A stretch of DNA of 64,000 nt, from contig JBGPGO010000007.1 of assembly GCA_041483895.1 (NCBI GenBank), positions 146,582-210,581 of the forward strand, read 5' to 3'. Position numbers and translations under genes: made by a program. A model generated the notes under the pieces. It saw only the letters and a program-made list of their open reading frames with translations. It was not told the DNA's origin and did no database searches. Of this stretch, positions 39,771-49,525 are shown in pieces; position 1 is the stretch's first letter, and the number at the start of each line of letters is the position of its first letter. This DNA comes from Fimbriimonadia bacterium. Its GTDB lineage: Bacteria; Armatimonadota; Fimbriimonadia; Fimbriimonadales; JABRVX01.

Positions 39771-40589
39771 ATGGAGAGTTGGCTTGCGGCATCGCTGCTC
39801 GGACTGATTCAAGGTCTCACAGAATTTCTTCCCGTCTCGAGCTCCGCTCACCTTATCCTCGCCCGTGACTATTTTCACTGGTCGCTCGGCAGTGAGAACC
39901 TCGATCTCACTTTCGACGTAATGCTGCATCTAGGCACTATGCTGGCGGTCGTCGCCTATTTTCGCAAAGACATCTGGCGATTGTTGACCGGCCTTTTCTC
40001 TTCCGATCCCGAACGGCGGCCGGACAAGAAGATGGCGATCTACATTCTTCTGGCCACCATTCCGGCGGGCCTTTTCGGCGCGCTGTTCGAGCAAAAGATC
40101 GAGGATTATTTCCGATCGCGCGTGCCGGTCATCCTGATTTTCCTCGCGGTCATGGGAATCGTTATGTGGCTTGCCGACCGGTATGGAAAGAAAGCCCGGG
40201 ACGAAGAGAGTGTCGGATTCGGGGATGCCATGTTGATTGGCATTGCGCAGGCGGCCGCGTTGATGCCCGGCGTGTCTCGATCGGGTGGGACGATCACGAT
40301 GGGCCTCTTTCTGGGGTTGAACCGAGCATCCGCCGCGCGGTTCAGCTTTCTGCTGTCTACGCCCGCCGTTATTGGGGCGGGACTTTGGAAGCTGAAGGAC
40401 CTGCGGGGTATGCAATTGCCGCCCGGCGCCGGCCTGAATATGGTGATCGGCGTGATCGTATCCGCGATCGTTGGCTTTGCCACCATCGCGTTGCTTCTCC
40501 GGTTCCTGCGGGAGCGGACAGTGCTTGTCTTCACCGTCTACCGGGTCCTACTAGCCGTGGTCCTGTATTTTGCCTTGGTTGCTAGATAA
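39771..40589 (+). CDS. uppP: Undecaprenyl-diphosphate phosphatase
   Basis: GLIQGLTEFLPVSSSAHL and PGVSRSG.TI motifs. Confidence 0.95.
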   Translation: MESWLAASLLGLIQGLTEFLPVSSSAHLILARDYFHWSLGSENLDLTFDVMLHLGTMLAVVAYFRKDIWRLLTGLFSSDPERRPDKKMAIYILLATIPAGLFGALFEQKIEDYFRSRVPVILIFLAVMGIVMWLADRYGKKARDEESVGFGDAMLIGIAQAAALMPGVSRSGGTITMGLFLGLNRASAARFSFLLSTPAVIGAGLWKLKDLRGMQLPPGAGLNMVIGVIVSAIVGFATIALLLRFLRERTVLVFTVYRVLLAVVLYFALVAR

Positions 40590-40617
40590 TCGCCCAGCGG
40601 GTTATAATATTAGAAGT

Positions 40618-40893
40618 ATGAAAAGTTACGATGAGGTAGTGGCGGCGGCTCGTAGCCTGCCGAAGGCCGATCAAGCAAGACTCTTGCGTGAACTGCAGGT
40701 TGAGTTGCACAATGAATCGGTTAGTCGCCGTGGCGGCCTTACAACCGACCATCCTCGAACACCCGAGCTGCAGGTCAATCCTAGGGCAAGTTGGCTGGAT
40801 TACATGGGCATTGCACCATACCCCTTGGTAGGGATGGACGCGCAGGAATGGGTCACGAAACTGCGTGAAGAATCTGATCGAACCATTCCGTAA
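40618..40893 (+). CDS. Putative antitoxin
   Basis: Small ORF coupled (TAATG) to a PIN gene; C-terminus MDAQEWVTKLREE. Confidence 0.65.
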   Translation: MKSYDEVVAAARSLPKADQARLLRELQVELHNESVSRRGGLTTDHPRTPELQVNPRASWLDYMGIAPYPLVGMDAQEWVTKLREESDRTIP

Positions 40894-41333
40894 TGCAACC
40901 CTCCATGTTTGATGGCATCGATTCCATTTTGATAGACACCGCGCCTGTGACATACCTCATCGAAAGACATCCCACATACGAGGCGCTGGTAGCTGCGCTT
41001 TTTGCGTAGTTGGAGCAACGAGACATCCGTCACATTACGACACCCATCACATTGTATGAGTGCATTCGCGGGGTCGTTTCACAGGCCATTGAAAGCGAAT
41101 TCGTCGCATTGTTGACTGACGGGCCGCAGACAGTCTTCACAGCAATTGATGTGGTTACATCTCTCAATGGGGCGAAGTTAGGCCAGAAGTATGGTTTGCG
41201 ATTGCCCGATGCGATGCAAGCGGCTATCGCCATGGATACCGGCTGTCAAGCTATTCTGACGAACGATAAGGAGTTTAGGAAACTGCCCATGATCAAGTCT
41301 TTCGTTCTTGATGAACTGATGCAAAATCCTTAG
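40893..41333 (+). pseudogene. PIN-domain (VapC-like) toxin with an in-frame nonsense codon
   Basis: MQPSMFDGIDSILIDTAPVTYLIERHPTYEALVAALFA*LEQR...TPITLYE...LRLPDAMQAA...ILTNDKEF, with TAG at 41007-41009. Confidence 0.8.
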
Positions 41334-42700
41334 TCCTGCCTTAATTCACGGAGCAAGCTGGGCGCGGCGTGGGGTGGTGGATTGTTCAGGCCCTTGAACT
41401 CCTCCTCAAACACGCCCCACAGATTGTCCTTGATGATATAGCTGGCATCGAAGACGCTGATGCCAAGGGTATTCTCGCGCGCCGCCCGGATCGCTTTGCG
41501 GAGCTGATCGGGAGTCTTGTAGTCGTTTAGGTAGATCGTCCCGTAGATAAACGCCGATGCTCCGGCCACTTCGACGGCTCGCTGACAGGCCCCGGCAACC
41601 GTCTGCAGCTTGTTGTCCGGCTGCTCGTATGGCTCGGCGGAGGAATAATATGCGCCGACGCAAAGAAAGTCCAAGAAATCGGCCTCGCCGGTAAATCGCA
41701 TCTCCGGTTCGGCATTCGGATACTGGACGGGTAGCAGGTCGCTCGCCCAGTTCACACCGACACTCTCATACTTATCATACCAAGCCCCGACATAACATCC
41801 GACGGGCACAGAGCTTCCGGCAGCGTACAGTTCTTGCCGGAGATCGCCGACAAAATCGCGGATGATGGAGGTTCGCAGAAGCTGATATTCCGGCCAGCGC
41901 GGACCCCGCCGTGGTGGTTCGCCATGCTTCAGCGGTGGGAGCAGAATGCTGCCCGGCCAGAACCCCGGCTCGCCAAATCTCCCGGTAAACGCCTGGTGCA
42001 TCTCCGCGCTAAAGTCGCCACCAATGCCTTCGAAGCGAAGGCGGTCGTCCATCACCAGCCCATCCACGGGGTAGTTCTTCGCGACCTCAATCATAATCGC
42101 CATCTCGCGCTTGCGGACGGCTTCATTAAGTGGATTCACGAAGAGAGGAATATTGCGCTTCGGCTGCTTGAGAACCGATTCAAGCTCTAGCCGGGCTACG
42201 CCATCTGTCCAATACGGAACCGCGACGATGGAAGCCCATTCCGGGTGATTCCAAATGTCGCCCGCACGATCGAATGACGAATGGCCCTCGCTGAAGATGG
42301 CGAAGTTGGCGAGGCAGCGCAAGCCAACTGCGTGCGCCTCTCTTACCATCGTACCCAGGACGTCCATCCCCGCCGGCATCTGGATGCCCTTCCACGTGGT
42401 CATCTGTGTCGCGATGGCCGACGGATAGAGCGTATAGCCGACAATCGGCTTCGCGTCGATGATTACCTCGTTGAATCCCGCCTTTTTGGCATTGGCGCAG
42501 AATTCCTTGATTTTCTCCGGGTACACCAGCCAATACCAGTTCGCGGAAGCGTCGACCCAAATTTGGCGAGCCTCAAGACCGATTTTCTTGGCGCGCTGAA
42601 AAAGGGCGGGAGGCCCCTGTGAAAAACACTGGGTACCGACGAGCGCAGCCAGCGCCGACAAACCTAACGAGTACAGCCTGATGATGACCCTTCCCCACAT
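41330..42700 (-). CDS. GHL10-like (family 10-like) glycosyl hydrolase; start uncertain
   Basis: IWVDA, GFNEVIIDAKP, VNPLNEAVR and YPVDGLVMDDRLRF. Confidence 0.75.
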   Translation of the reverse strand: MWGRVIIRLYSLGLSALAALVGTQCFSQGPPALFQRAKKIGLEARQIWVDASANWYWLVYPEKIKEFCANAKKAGFNEVIIDAKPIVGYTLYPSAIATQMTTWKGIQMPAGMDVLGTMVREAHAVGLRCLANFAIFSEGHSSFDRAGDIWNHPEWASIVAVPYWTDGVARLELESVLKQPKRNIPLFVNPLNEAVRKREMAIMIEVAKNYPVDGLVMDDRLRFEGIGGDFSAEMHQAFTGRFGEPGFWPGSILLPPLKHGEPPRRGPRWPEYQLLRTSIIRDFVGDLRQELYAAGSSVPVGCYVGAWYDKYESVGVNWASDLLPVQYPNAEPEMRFTGEADFLDFLCVGAYYSSAEPYEQPDNKLQTVAGACQRAVEVAGASAFIYGTIYLNDYKTPDQLRKAIRAARENTLGISVFDASYIIKDNLWGVFEEEFKGLNNPPPHAAPSLLRELRQD

Positions 42701-43190
42701 TCTGTCTGGAGCCGCAATCGGCCGCCGGGTCCGACCGACCTGGATCGCGTGCATCGCCGCTTACTCCAGCCACTTCATTTTGGACCATTATCCGCATCTG
42801 GAACCACTGCGCGAGTGGCCTATGTGGCAACGAACGCTATTTGGCTATTCGGATGCCGCCATAGCCATCATCATGCTTGCTCTGGTTATCCGATGGAATC
42901 GGGAGCGATGGCTGCCCATTGTTCTCTGTGCTTTTCTGGCCGATTGGCCGGACATTATGCGCTCCATTCCCGTCGTGTCTCCGTGGCTTATCGAAATGCC
43001 GATATGGAAGCAGATGAACGACTTTCACAACAGCTTCCACGCGCAGACCGTATGCGCGACATGGTACACGGGACTCTGGGGACAGGTGTTGGTGATATGG
43101 ATCTCCATGTGGCTATTGCGGCCCAAATCGAGGGATTCGCACCCTCAGCTCTTAGCGGTGGCGAAGCGTTCGACCGGAGATGGAACCTAG
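42684..43190 (+). CDS. Membrane protein (metal-dependent hydrolase-like His motifs)
   Basis: PHILSGA, SHFILDH.PH, ADWPD and FH..FH motifs; several TMs. Confidence 0.65.
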   Translation: MTLPHILSGAAIGRRVRPTWIACIAAYSSHFILDHYPHLEPLREWPMWQRTLFGYSDAAIAIIMLALVIRWNRERWLPIVLCAFLADWPDIMRSIPVVSPWLIEMPIWKQMNDFHNSFHAQTVCATWYTGLWGQVLVIWISMWLLRPKSRDSHPQLLAVAKRSTGDGT

Positions 43191-46163
43191 CTGGCTCCGG
43201 CGCACAAATGCCGGCGCTTCGGCAAAGTCCGCCGAAACGTTAACTGTCACCGCAAGGGCGTCCGCAACCGTCCAATCCGCGGTAAGATTGCCGGCCGCCT
43301 CGACGATCGCCGCATCGCACTTCGATTTGAAGTCGTCGAAATATGTTTTGAGGAGCGCCATCGCCTTCTTGTCTCCCAGCAGCGGCGAGCCTTTTTTCGT
43401 GGCAAAATTGAACAGTTGCGCCGCCGTCTCGGCATTCCCCTTGAGCCACTCCGCCGCCGCGACGATGGCGACCTTCCGATATCGCCACGGACCCAAGTGC
43501 AGCCACTCCAGATCGCCGGGGATTCCCGACATCATCGATAGGGCGTCGTTCGGCCGTCCGCGGGCCAAGGCGACGTAGGAGCATGCGAACAGATACGGTA
43601 GGCGAATGATCAGGGTTTCCGAATTTGCCAGCCACCGATAGGCTTTCTGGCAATGGGACTCGGCCAGCTCGACATTTTCTTGCAGCAGAGCCAATTCCGC
43701 GGCGCGTGAATAGGAGGAGCACGCCACGACGGCATCTTCCATCTCCTCCCCCATCGCGATCGCTTGCATGCACCATTCCGAAGACCGATCGTAGTTCCCC
43801 AAGATCATCTCGCAATCCACATACAGGTTGAGCGCCCAGTAGGCCACAGCCTGGTCCAGCTCCTCTATATCCGAAAGGTCGGTGTTGTCCAGGATTCGCT
43901 TGGCGTCTCTGGCATCCCCGCGAAGCAGCGACAGTTCCGCCATGCGAACCTGCGCTGCCGCAACGACACTGGCATCGCCGCACGACTTGGCGGCCTCGAC
44001 CGCAATCCGCATGGATTCAACTGCCTCATCGATGCGGTTCTCCTCGGCATGAAACAGGCTTTCGTAATGCTTGTGTTGGAAGACCAGCAATGCTTCCCCG
44101 GTTTCTTCCGCCATGGCCGCAACTTCGCCGAGCAAGGAGAGCCGAAGGTCCGGTAGGAGCACGGAACCGACGGTCAGATAGGCAGAGGTTCTCCAGTTCT
44201 GAGCCAGCTCTCTCAGCAAGGCCAGGGCCTCCTCGATCGCCGCCCCAGCCTGATCTTCCTTGATATGAGTAGTCAGGCACAGAGCGCCGTACATGAACAG
44301 GCAATGCGCTGTGTCCTCCGGTGGGCGATGGGTTCGAATCTTATCTAGATTTTCTTCCAACATCTTCCGGCTTTCGCTTAGCGGGAACGGAAGGTGGGGC
44401 AATCGGAGCTTCATGACTGCCGCAATGTAGTCCGCGATGAGCTTATCATCGTCCAATTCGAAGGCATACCGGCCGGCTGCCCGAATCTGGTCGGCGGCCC
44501 GGACCAACTTCTTCACGCCGCTTACCGTCAACCCGTCGAGTTCTCTGCCACAGATTTGCTCGATCAGATTCGTAAAGTACATGATATGCCGGCGCTTGAG
44601 CTCTTGGACCCGCTCATGGTCCTTTACTTTTCCCAGACCGTATTCCCGCAGGCTTTCCAACATGCTAAACCGCACTTCGCCGCCCAACTCCACTGTCCTC
44701 ACCAGCGACTTATCGCGCAGCGCCGCCAGATCTTCCAGGATCTGATCGCACCCGGTAACCGCCTTGGCGGCTTCGATGGAGAAGGGTCCGTCCAGGACGC
44801 TCAGCTCGCGAAAGTTGAGCTGCTGCGATTCCGTGAGACCATCGTAACTCCAATCGATGGCTGCCATCAGCGAGCGCTGCCGTTCCTCGACATCGCGGGC
44901 GCCGGTCGCCAAGAGGGCAAATCGGTCGTCGAGCCGCTCCAATATCTGCTTCGGCGTGAAAATTCGGGCTTGGGCGGCGGCAAGTTCGACGGCAAGGGGC
45001 AGACAATCGAGGCGGCGGCAGATCTCCTCGACAGTCCATCGCTGGTCGGCGCCGAGGCTGTAGGACGGCCGGGAGCGTTGGGCGGTGGCTTCGAACAGGC
45101 GTACAGCATCGACCGTGTTGAGAACATCGACAACGTATTCATGTTCGCCCGTCAATTGAAGCAGTTCCCTGCTGGTCACGACCTGCTTGATCCCTTGGCA
45201 GCTTCGCATCAAGGCGGCAACCAGAGATGCCGTGGCCATCTGGTGCTCGAAGTTATCCCAGATGAGGAGCGATTCTTTGCCACATAGCCGTTCTGCCAAG
45301 GCTTCCACCGGATCACCCTCCGGAGCGCTCATGTGCATCGCCGCCATCGCGCGGGCGGCCAGTTCGGCGTTACCGGCATTTGGGGGAATGTGCGATAGTG
45401 ATACCCACCAAACACCGTGTTGGAAATGGGGCAGAACATCTTCCGCCGCTCGGGCGGCCAACCGGCTCTTGCCAACGCCCCCCGGTCCGGTGAGAGTAAT
45501 TATGGGGGTTTCCGGTTTTCGGATCAGCTTCGCCAATCGCTCCACGTCTTCATCGCGACCGAGAAAAGTCGTCACGTCAACCGGTAGGTTGTTCGGTTGG
45601 ACTTCCGGCGTGCGAAGCGGGGGGAAATCCAGAGGCTCTCCGGCCGTCTCCAATTGAAAGATGCGTTGCGCCTCGGCAACTCCAGGCAGCCGGTGCCTGC
45701 CCAAATCGCGCAATCGCCACCCGCTTGTTGTGTCCAGCAAGTTGGCGGTCGTATCGGAGACAAGGACTTGACCACCGTGGCCGGCCATCACCATCCGGGC
45801 CAATCGATTGACCGGAGGACCGTAGTAGTCGTTCGCTTCCGGAGTAAGAAAGCCGCTGTTGAGCGCCATTCGCACCCGGATCGGTTCCGGCGTGGGCCAT
45901 TCGATACCCGCCAACTGCGCTTGAATCGTGGCTGCCGCCCGGGCCGCCGACTCGGGGCTGGAAAATGCCGCGAAGCAGCTATCGCCCCCGGTTTTTACGA
46001 TCTGTCCGTGTTCCCGTTCGATGACGGTCCGGAGAAGATCATCGTGAATAGACACCGCCTGCCGCATCGAGCCCAGGTATCTTTCCCACTTTTCGGTGCT
46101 GGCCTCAATATCGGTCATTAGCAAGGTTACGGTGCCGGTAGGTAAAGGTGATTGCACAGTCAA
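43152..46163 (-). CDS. Class III adenylate/guanylate cyclase + STAND NTPase + TPR-like protein
   Basis: TLLMTDIEAST, KTGGDS, DYYGPPVNRLAR, GPGGVGKS Walker A, LIWDNFEH and CLPLAVELAAA. Confidence 0.9.
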   Translation of the reverse strand: MTVQSPLPTGTVTLLMTDIEASTEKWERYLGSMRQAVSIHDDLLRTVIEREHGQIVKTGGDSCFAAFSSPESAARAAATIQAQLAGIEWPTPEPIRVRMALNSGFLTPEANDYYGPPVNRLARMVMAGHGGQVLVSDTTANLLDTTSGWRLRDLGRHRLPGVAEAQRIFQLETAGEPLDFPPLRTPEVQPNNLPVDVTTFLGRDEDVERLAKLIRKPETPIITLTGPGGVGKSRLAARAAEDVLPHFQHGVWWVSLSHIPPNAGNAELAARAMAAMHMSAPEGDPVEALAERLCGKESLLIWDNFEHQMATASLVAALMRSCQGIKQVVTSRELLQLTGEHEYVVDVLNTVDAVRLFEATAQRSRPSYSLGADQRWTVEEICRRLDCLPLAVELAAAQARIFTPKQILERLDDRFALLATGARDVEERQRSLMAAIDWSYDGLTESQQLNFRELSVLDGPFSIEAAKAVTGCDQILEDLAALRDKSLVRTVELGGEVRFSMLESLREYGLGKVKDHERVQELKRRHIMYFTNLIEQICGRELDGLTVSGVKKLVRAADQIRAAGRYAFELDDDKLIADYIAAVMKLRLPHLPFPLSESRKMLEENLDKIRTHRPPEDTAHCLFMYGALCLTTHIKEDQAGAAIEEALALLRELAQNWRTSAYLTVGSVLLPDLRLSLLGEVAAMAEETGEALLVFQHKHYESLFHAEENRIDEAVESMRIAVEAAKSCGDASVVAAAQVRMAELSLLRGDARDAKRILDNTDLSDIEELDQAVAYWALNLYVDCEMILGNYDRSSEWCMQAIAMGEEMEDAVVACSSYSRAAELALLQENVELAESHCQKAYRWLANSETLIIRLPYLFACSYVALARGRPNDALSMMSGIPGDLEWLHLGPWRYRKVAIVAAAEWLKGNAETAAQLFNFATKKGSPLLGDKKAMALLKTYFDDFKSKCDAAIVEAAGNLTADWTVADALAVTVNVSADFAEAPAFVRRSQLGSISGRTLRHR

Positions 46164-46350
46164 GTCAGTTTACCGCTCCGGCAGCCTGGCGGTTGCGACG
46201 GAACTTGGAACCTTTTAAGCCCGTTCACCATCATTACGAGTAGCAAAAACAGTCGCTCCGGGATATATTGGAGATGGCGAGCATATTCAGTGATTTAGAC
46301 GAAGTGCACTGGCCCTATCTTTGCAGGGAGAGACCAGGAGGTTTCGCGAC

Positions 46351-47994
46351 ATGCGAATTCGAGCAGCAATTCTAGGTATTCTTGCTAGCGCCTTTGCCGT
46401 TGCGTCTGCTCAAACAACTATCCGAACGGTCTTTGGACCAAGCATTCAGGAGGTTGTGCCGGGTGAGATTCTGATCAAGTTTCGGCCCGGAGTGACCTCA
46501 CTCGACCAGAGCCGTTTGGCAGCCCAGCTCGGCGGGACCATTAGACCCTCCATTGGCGGCAACGGCTTTCAGAAGATCCTCCTCTCGAAGTTTGCCAACG
46601 TCGTAGGATTGGCCGATTATCTGAAGACATTGCCGGGAGTTGAAGTGGCAGAGACCAACGGCTATGTGTACGCAGCCTCGAATCCTAACGATCAGTACTA
46701 TCCTCAGCAATGGAACCTGCCAAAAATCAATTGGCCGACCGCCTATGCACAATATTGGGGGAAGTCCACCGTAATTATCGCCAGCGTCGACACGGGTGTT
46801 AATCCCAATCAGGAAGACCTGGTCGGCAAAGTACTGGCTGGGCGCGACTTCGTAAACAACGACGACAATCCGATGGATGACAACGGGCACGGGACATTTG
46901 GCGCCGGCATTGCCGCCGCTTGGACGAACAATATGGTTGGCATTGCGGGGACCGCGCCCGGCGTGACTATTTTGGCTGTCAAGGTCTTGAACTCGGCCGG
47001 CCAGGGCACCTGGGAGAACCTGGCGGCAGGGATCGACTATGCTGTTGCCCACGGAGCGCAAATCATTAATATGAGCTTAGCCGGAGCGGGAGGCAAGGCC
47101 ATCACTCAGACGGCGGTGGAAAACGCGGCCAATGCCGGTTGTATTCTGTCGGTCGCGGCCGGCAACGGGGGATCAACGACTCCGCAATACCCTGCCGCCT
47201 ACGAGCAATGCATTGCCGTGGGAGGCACCGACCAGAACGATGCCCGATGGTCCGGTTCCAACTACAACGCGGGGATGAGTCAATGGGTTGACGTCGCCGC
47301 CCCTTCGGTAACCATTTGGGGCTGCCAATTGACGAACAACTATAACGCCGGCAACGGAACATCATACGCAACGCCGCAGGTGTCGGCGGAAGCCGCGCTA
47401 CTTTACTCCGCGCTTACCGAGCCGAACCCGCAAACGCCGCGTTCGACATCCATTGCAGCACAGGTGAGGCAGATCATTGAAGCCAATGTGGTGGATGTTG
47501 GGGCGTGGGTGATTAAGGGCCGCATCAATTTGGGCGCAGCGGTGAGTTCCGTTGTGAAAGTATGGCTGACCGGCACCGTGACGTTGGACAATCATGTCGC
47601 TCCCCAGACGATTCCAGTGACGGTCCAGGTGCTGCAACCGGGGACCGGCACAGTGGTGGAAACCGAGGTTTTCAACACAAACCCTGCGGGAAATTTTCAG
47701 GTGGCACTCAAGTTCACCGGTCTCAAAGACTTGCGATTTTCCTCAGGGGCGCAGTTCTTGGCGAGACGGTTGAACGGAGCGGCGCTGAATAGCTTTTCGC
47801 CGACGTTTGTCGATATCGAATTGCCCAACGGCGACGTGACGCACAACGGAGCCGTTGATACGTTTGACCTGAACAATGTGTTTATGGAATTTGGAAATTC
47901 AGGCACCGATGCGGACCTCAATGGCGACGGAGTAGTGGACCTCAGGGACCTGACAAATGTATTTCTGTTCTATGGACTGACGGCGGACAGTTAG
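46351..47994 (+). CDS. Secreted S8 subtilisin-like peptidase with a dockerin-like C-terminus
   Basis: Catalytic triad VDTG, HGT and GTSYATP; AAGN; C-terminal ADLNGDGVVDLRDL. Confidence 0.92.
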   Translation: MRIRAAILGILASAFAVASAQTTIRTVFGPSIQEVVPGEILIKFRPGVTSLDQSRLAAQLGGTIRPSIGGNGFQKILLSKFANVVGLADYLKTLPGVEVAETNGYVYAASNPNDQYYPQQWNLPKINWPTAYAQYWGKSTVIIASVDTGVNPNQEDLVGKVLAGRDFVNNDDNPMDDNGHGTFGAGIAAAWTNNMVGIAGTAPGVTILAVKVLNSAGQGTWENLAAGIDYAVAHGAQIINMSLAGAGGKAITQTAVENAANAGCILSVAAGNGGSTTPQYPAAYEQCIAVGGTDQNDARWSGSNYNAGMSQWVDVAAPSVTIWGCQLTNNYNAGNGTSYATPQVSAEAALLYSALTEPNPQTPRSTSIAAQVRQIIEANVVDVGAWVIKGRINLGAAVSSVVKVWLTGTVTLDNHVAPQTIPVTVQVLQPGTGTVVETEVFNTNPAGNFQVALKFTGLKDLRFSSGAQFLARRLNGAALNSFSPTFVDIELPNGDVTHNGAVDTFDLNNVFMEFGNSGTDADLNGDGVVDLRDLTNVFLFYGLTADS

Positions 47995-47998
47995 GTCG

Positions 47999-48096
47999 GG
48001 TAGCCGCAGGCTTTAGCCTGCTCTGAGATTTGGTCAGGTCGCCGCAGGCTTTAGCCTGCGCCTCGATTCGGACGCAAGCTAAAGCTTGCGGCTACC
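47999..48096. repeat. Cluster of GTAG-type REP palindromes
   Basis: GGTAGCCGCAGGCTTTAGCCTGC, GTCGCCGCAGGCTTTAGCCTGCG and the inverted copy CGCAAGCTAAAGCTTGCGGCTACC. Confidence 0.8.
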
Positions 48097-48307
48097 GGGC
48101 GAAGGTAGAATCGGTTTATGGCCACCCTGCGGCGTTTGTGATTTGCCCTAGGTGTTCGGAGCCGACAACAATATCTAGGGGGCCGTTCTCGGGTCGTACA
48201 ATGGAGCCTCACGGCTCTCGCGGCGGACCGGACGCCACCAATTTATGTTCGGGGTTCCTGAACATCGGCGGTACACGGCGGTTGCGGGGTGGTATTCTAT
48301 TTATGTT

Positions 48308-49471
48308 ATGAGTCGAATTACATGGTTAGCGATAGGGATTGGCGCGGTTGCTGGGGGCGCCTGGACGGCTTGGCGCGTCGGGAATACTTCCACGCCTGCA
48401 GGCGGCGACACTATCGATCAGATCATGGCGGCAGCGGAATTGGTCGTGCTGGATCCGAAATACACGGAACTGGATGTCAATGAGAAACCGGTTCCGTTGG
48501 CGCTAAAGCGAAAAGTGCTTGCCGACAATGCAAAAGTATTCGAAAAGGTTCGATCAGCCCTCCAAAATCCGACCTTTCGAACGAATCGCGATGAAACAGA
48601 CGTTCCCAAATTTGCCGCCGTACGCGAATTTGCCCGCCTGGTCGCCCGCAAGGAAGAGGTGGAGATCGAGGAGGGCAACGATCATGGCGCGATCGAAACA
48701 CTTGCATTTGGGCTTCATCTTGCCAACGCAATGGAACGGGGCGCTCTTATTTCCGGCCTTGTTGGCATGGCGATTGAGTCGATCGTTTTGAAACCGGTTG
48801 CAGAACGTTTGCCGAAGTTGAAGGCTGACGACGCCACCTACCTGCTGGCTAAAATGAAAGGTGCGATCAACCGTCCGATTGATCTTGCTTCCATGATTCG
48901 TGGCAGCTTGGAGTCGTCCGCTCGGAGGTTTGAAGACCTTGAAGGCACGGCGGATAGAACCGTCGAGACCTTGCCCAGCCCGGCGAAGGAGTTTGGGAGA
49001 GAGGTGCGGGAGAAAAATCGTCATAAGCCGACGGCGAAGGAAATCGCGCAGGGCAAAGAGTTGGCGGCCTACTATCGGCGGATGGCCCCACCGGTCCTTG
49101 CCGAGATTCGAAAACCGAGATGGCTGCGGAAGAAACCGCCGTTGCCGCCGAACCCGCCGAAGTCGGCAGATCGAGAGTTGTTCCTGGGGTCGTTCGATGT
49201 GAATTGGATGGTTGTCGGTCGGTTCGACGTGCGCATGGCGCGGTTGCGGCTGGTGGCGACAGACACCGCCATCCATCTATATCAGATCCAAAACTCTATG
49301 GTTCCGCGGAACCTCGCCGTGCTTAACGACCGGCAGATCACGATCGATCCGATGAATGGAAAGCCGTTTGTTTACAAGCGATTATCGAAAAGATATTTGC
49401 TGTATTCCACTGGGGAGAATGGCAAAGACGAACACGGCAAAGGGGACGATATTCTTGCCGTTCGGCGCTAA
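48308..49471 (+). CDS. Hypothetical membrane-anchored protein with a GspG-like C-terminal motif (paralog 1)
   Basis: N-terminal TM and DPMNGKPFVY..YLLYSTGENGKDEHGKGDDI. Confidence 0.7.
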   Translation: MSRITWLAIGIGAVAGGAWTAWRVGNTSTPAGGDTIDQIMAAAELVVLDPKYTELDVNEKPVPLALKRKVLADNAKVFEKVRSALQNPTFRTNRDETDVPKFAAVREFARLVARKEEVEIEEGNDHGAIETLAFGLHLANAMERGALISGLVGMAIESIVLKPVAERLPKLKADDATYLLAKMKGAINRPIDLASMIRGSLESSARRFEDLEGTADRTVETLPSPAKEFGREVREKNRHKPTAKEIAQGKELAAYYRRMAPPVLAEIRKPRWLRKKPPLPPNPPKSADRELFLGSFDVNWMVVGRFDVRMARLRLVATDTAIHLYQIQNSMVPRNLAVLNDRQITIDPMNGKPFVYKRLSKRYLLYSTGENGKDEHGKGDDILAVRR

Positions 49472-49525
49472 TACCAGTTATCGCGAGCGAAGGCGCCGAA
49501 TGAGAGATGGTGTCATAATTCTGCT

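Noticed and set aside
42681..42754. Head-to-head overlap of the GHL10-like gene and the membrane protein gene
   Set aside because: It depends on uncertain start codons; a downstream TTG start would remove it.
47999..48096. Possible CRISPR array
   Set aside because: Only three copies, one inverted, with short irregular spacing and no cas genes; this fits a REP cluster.
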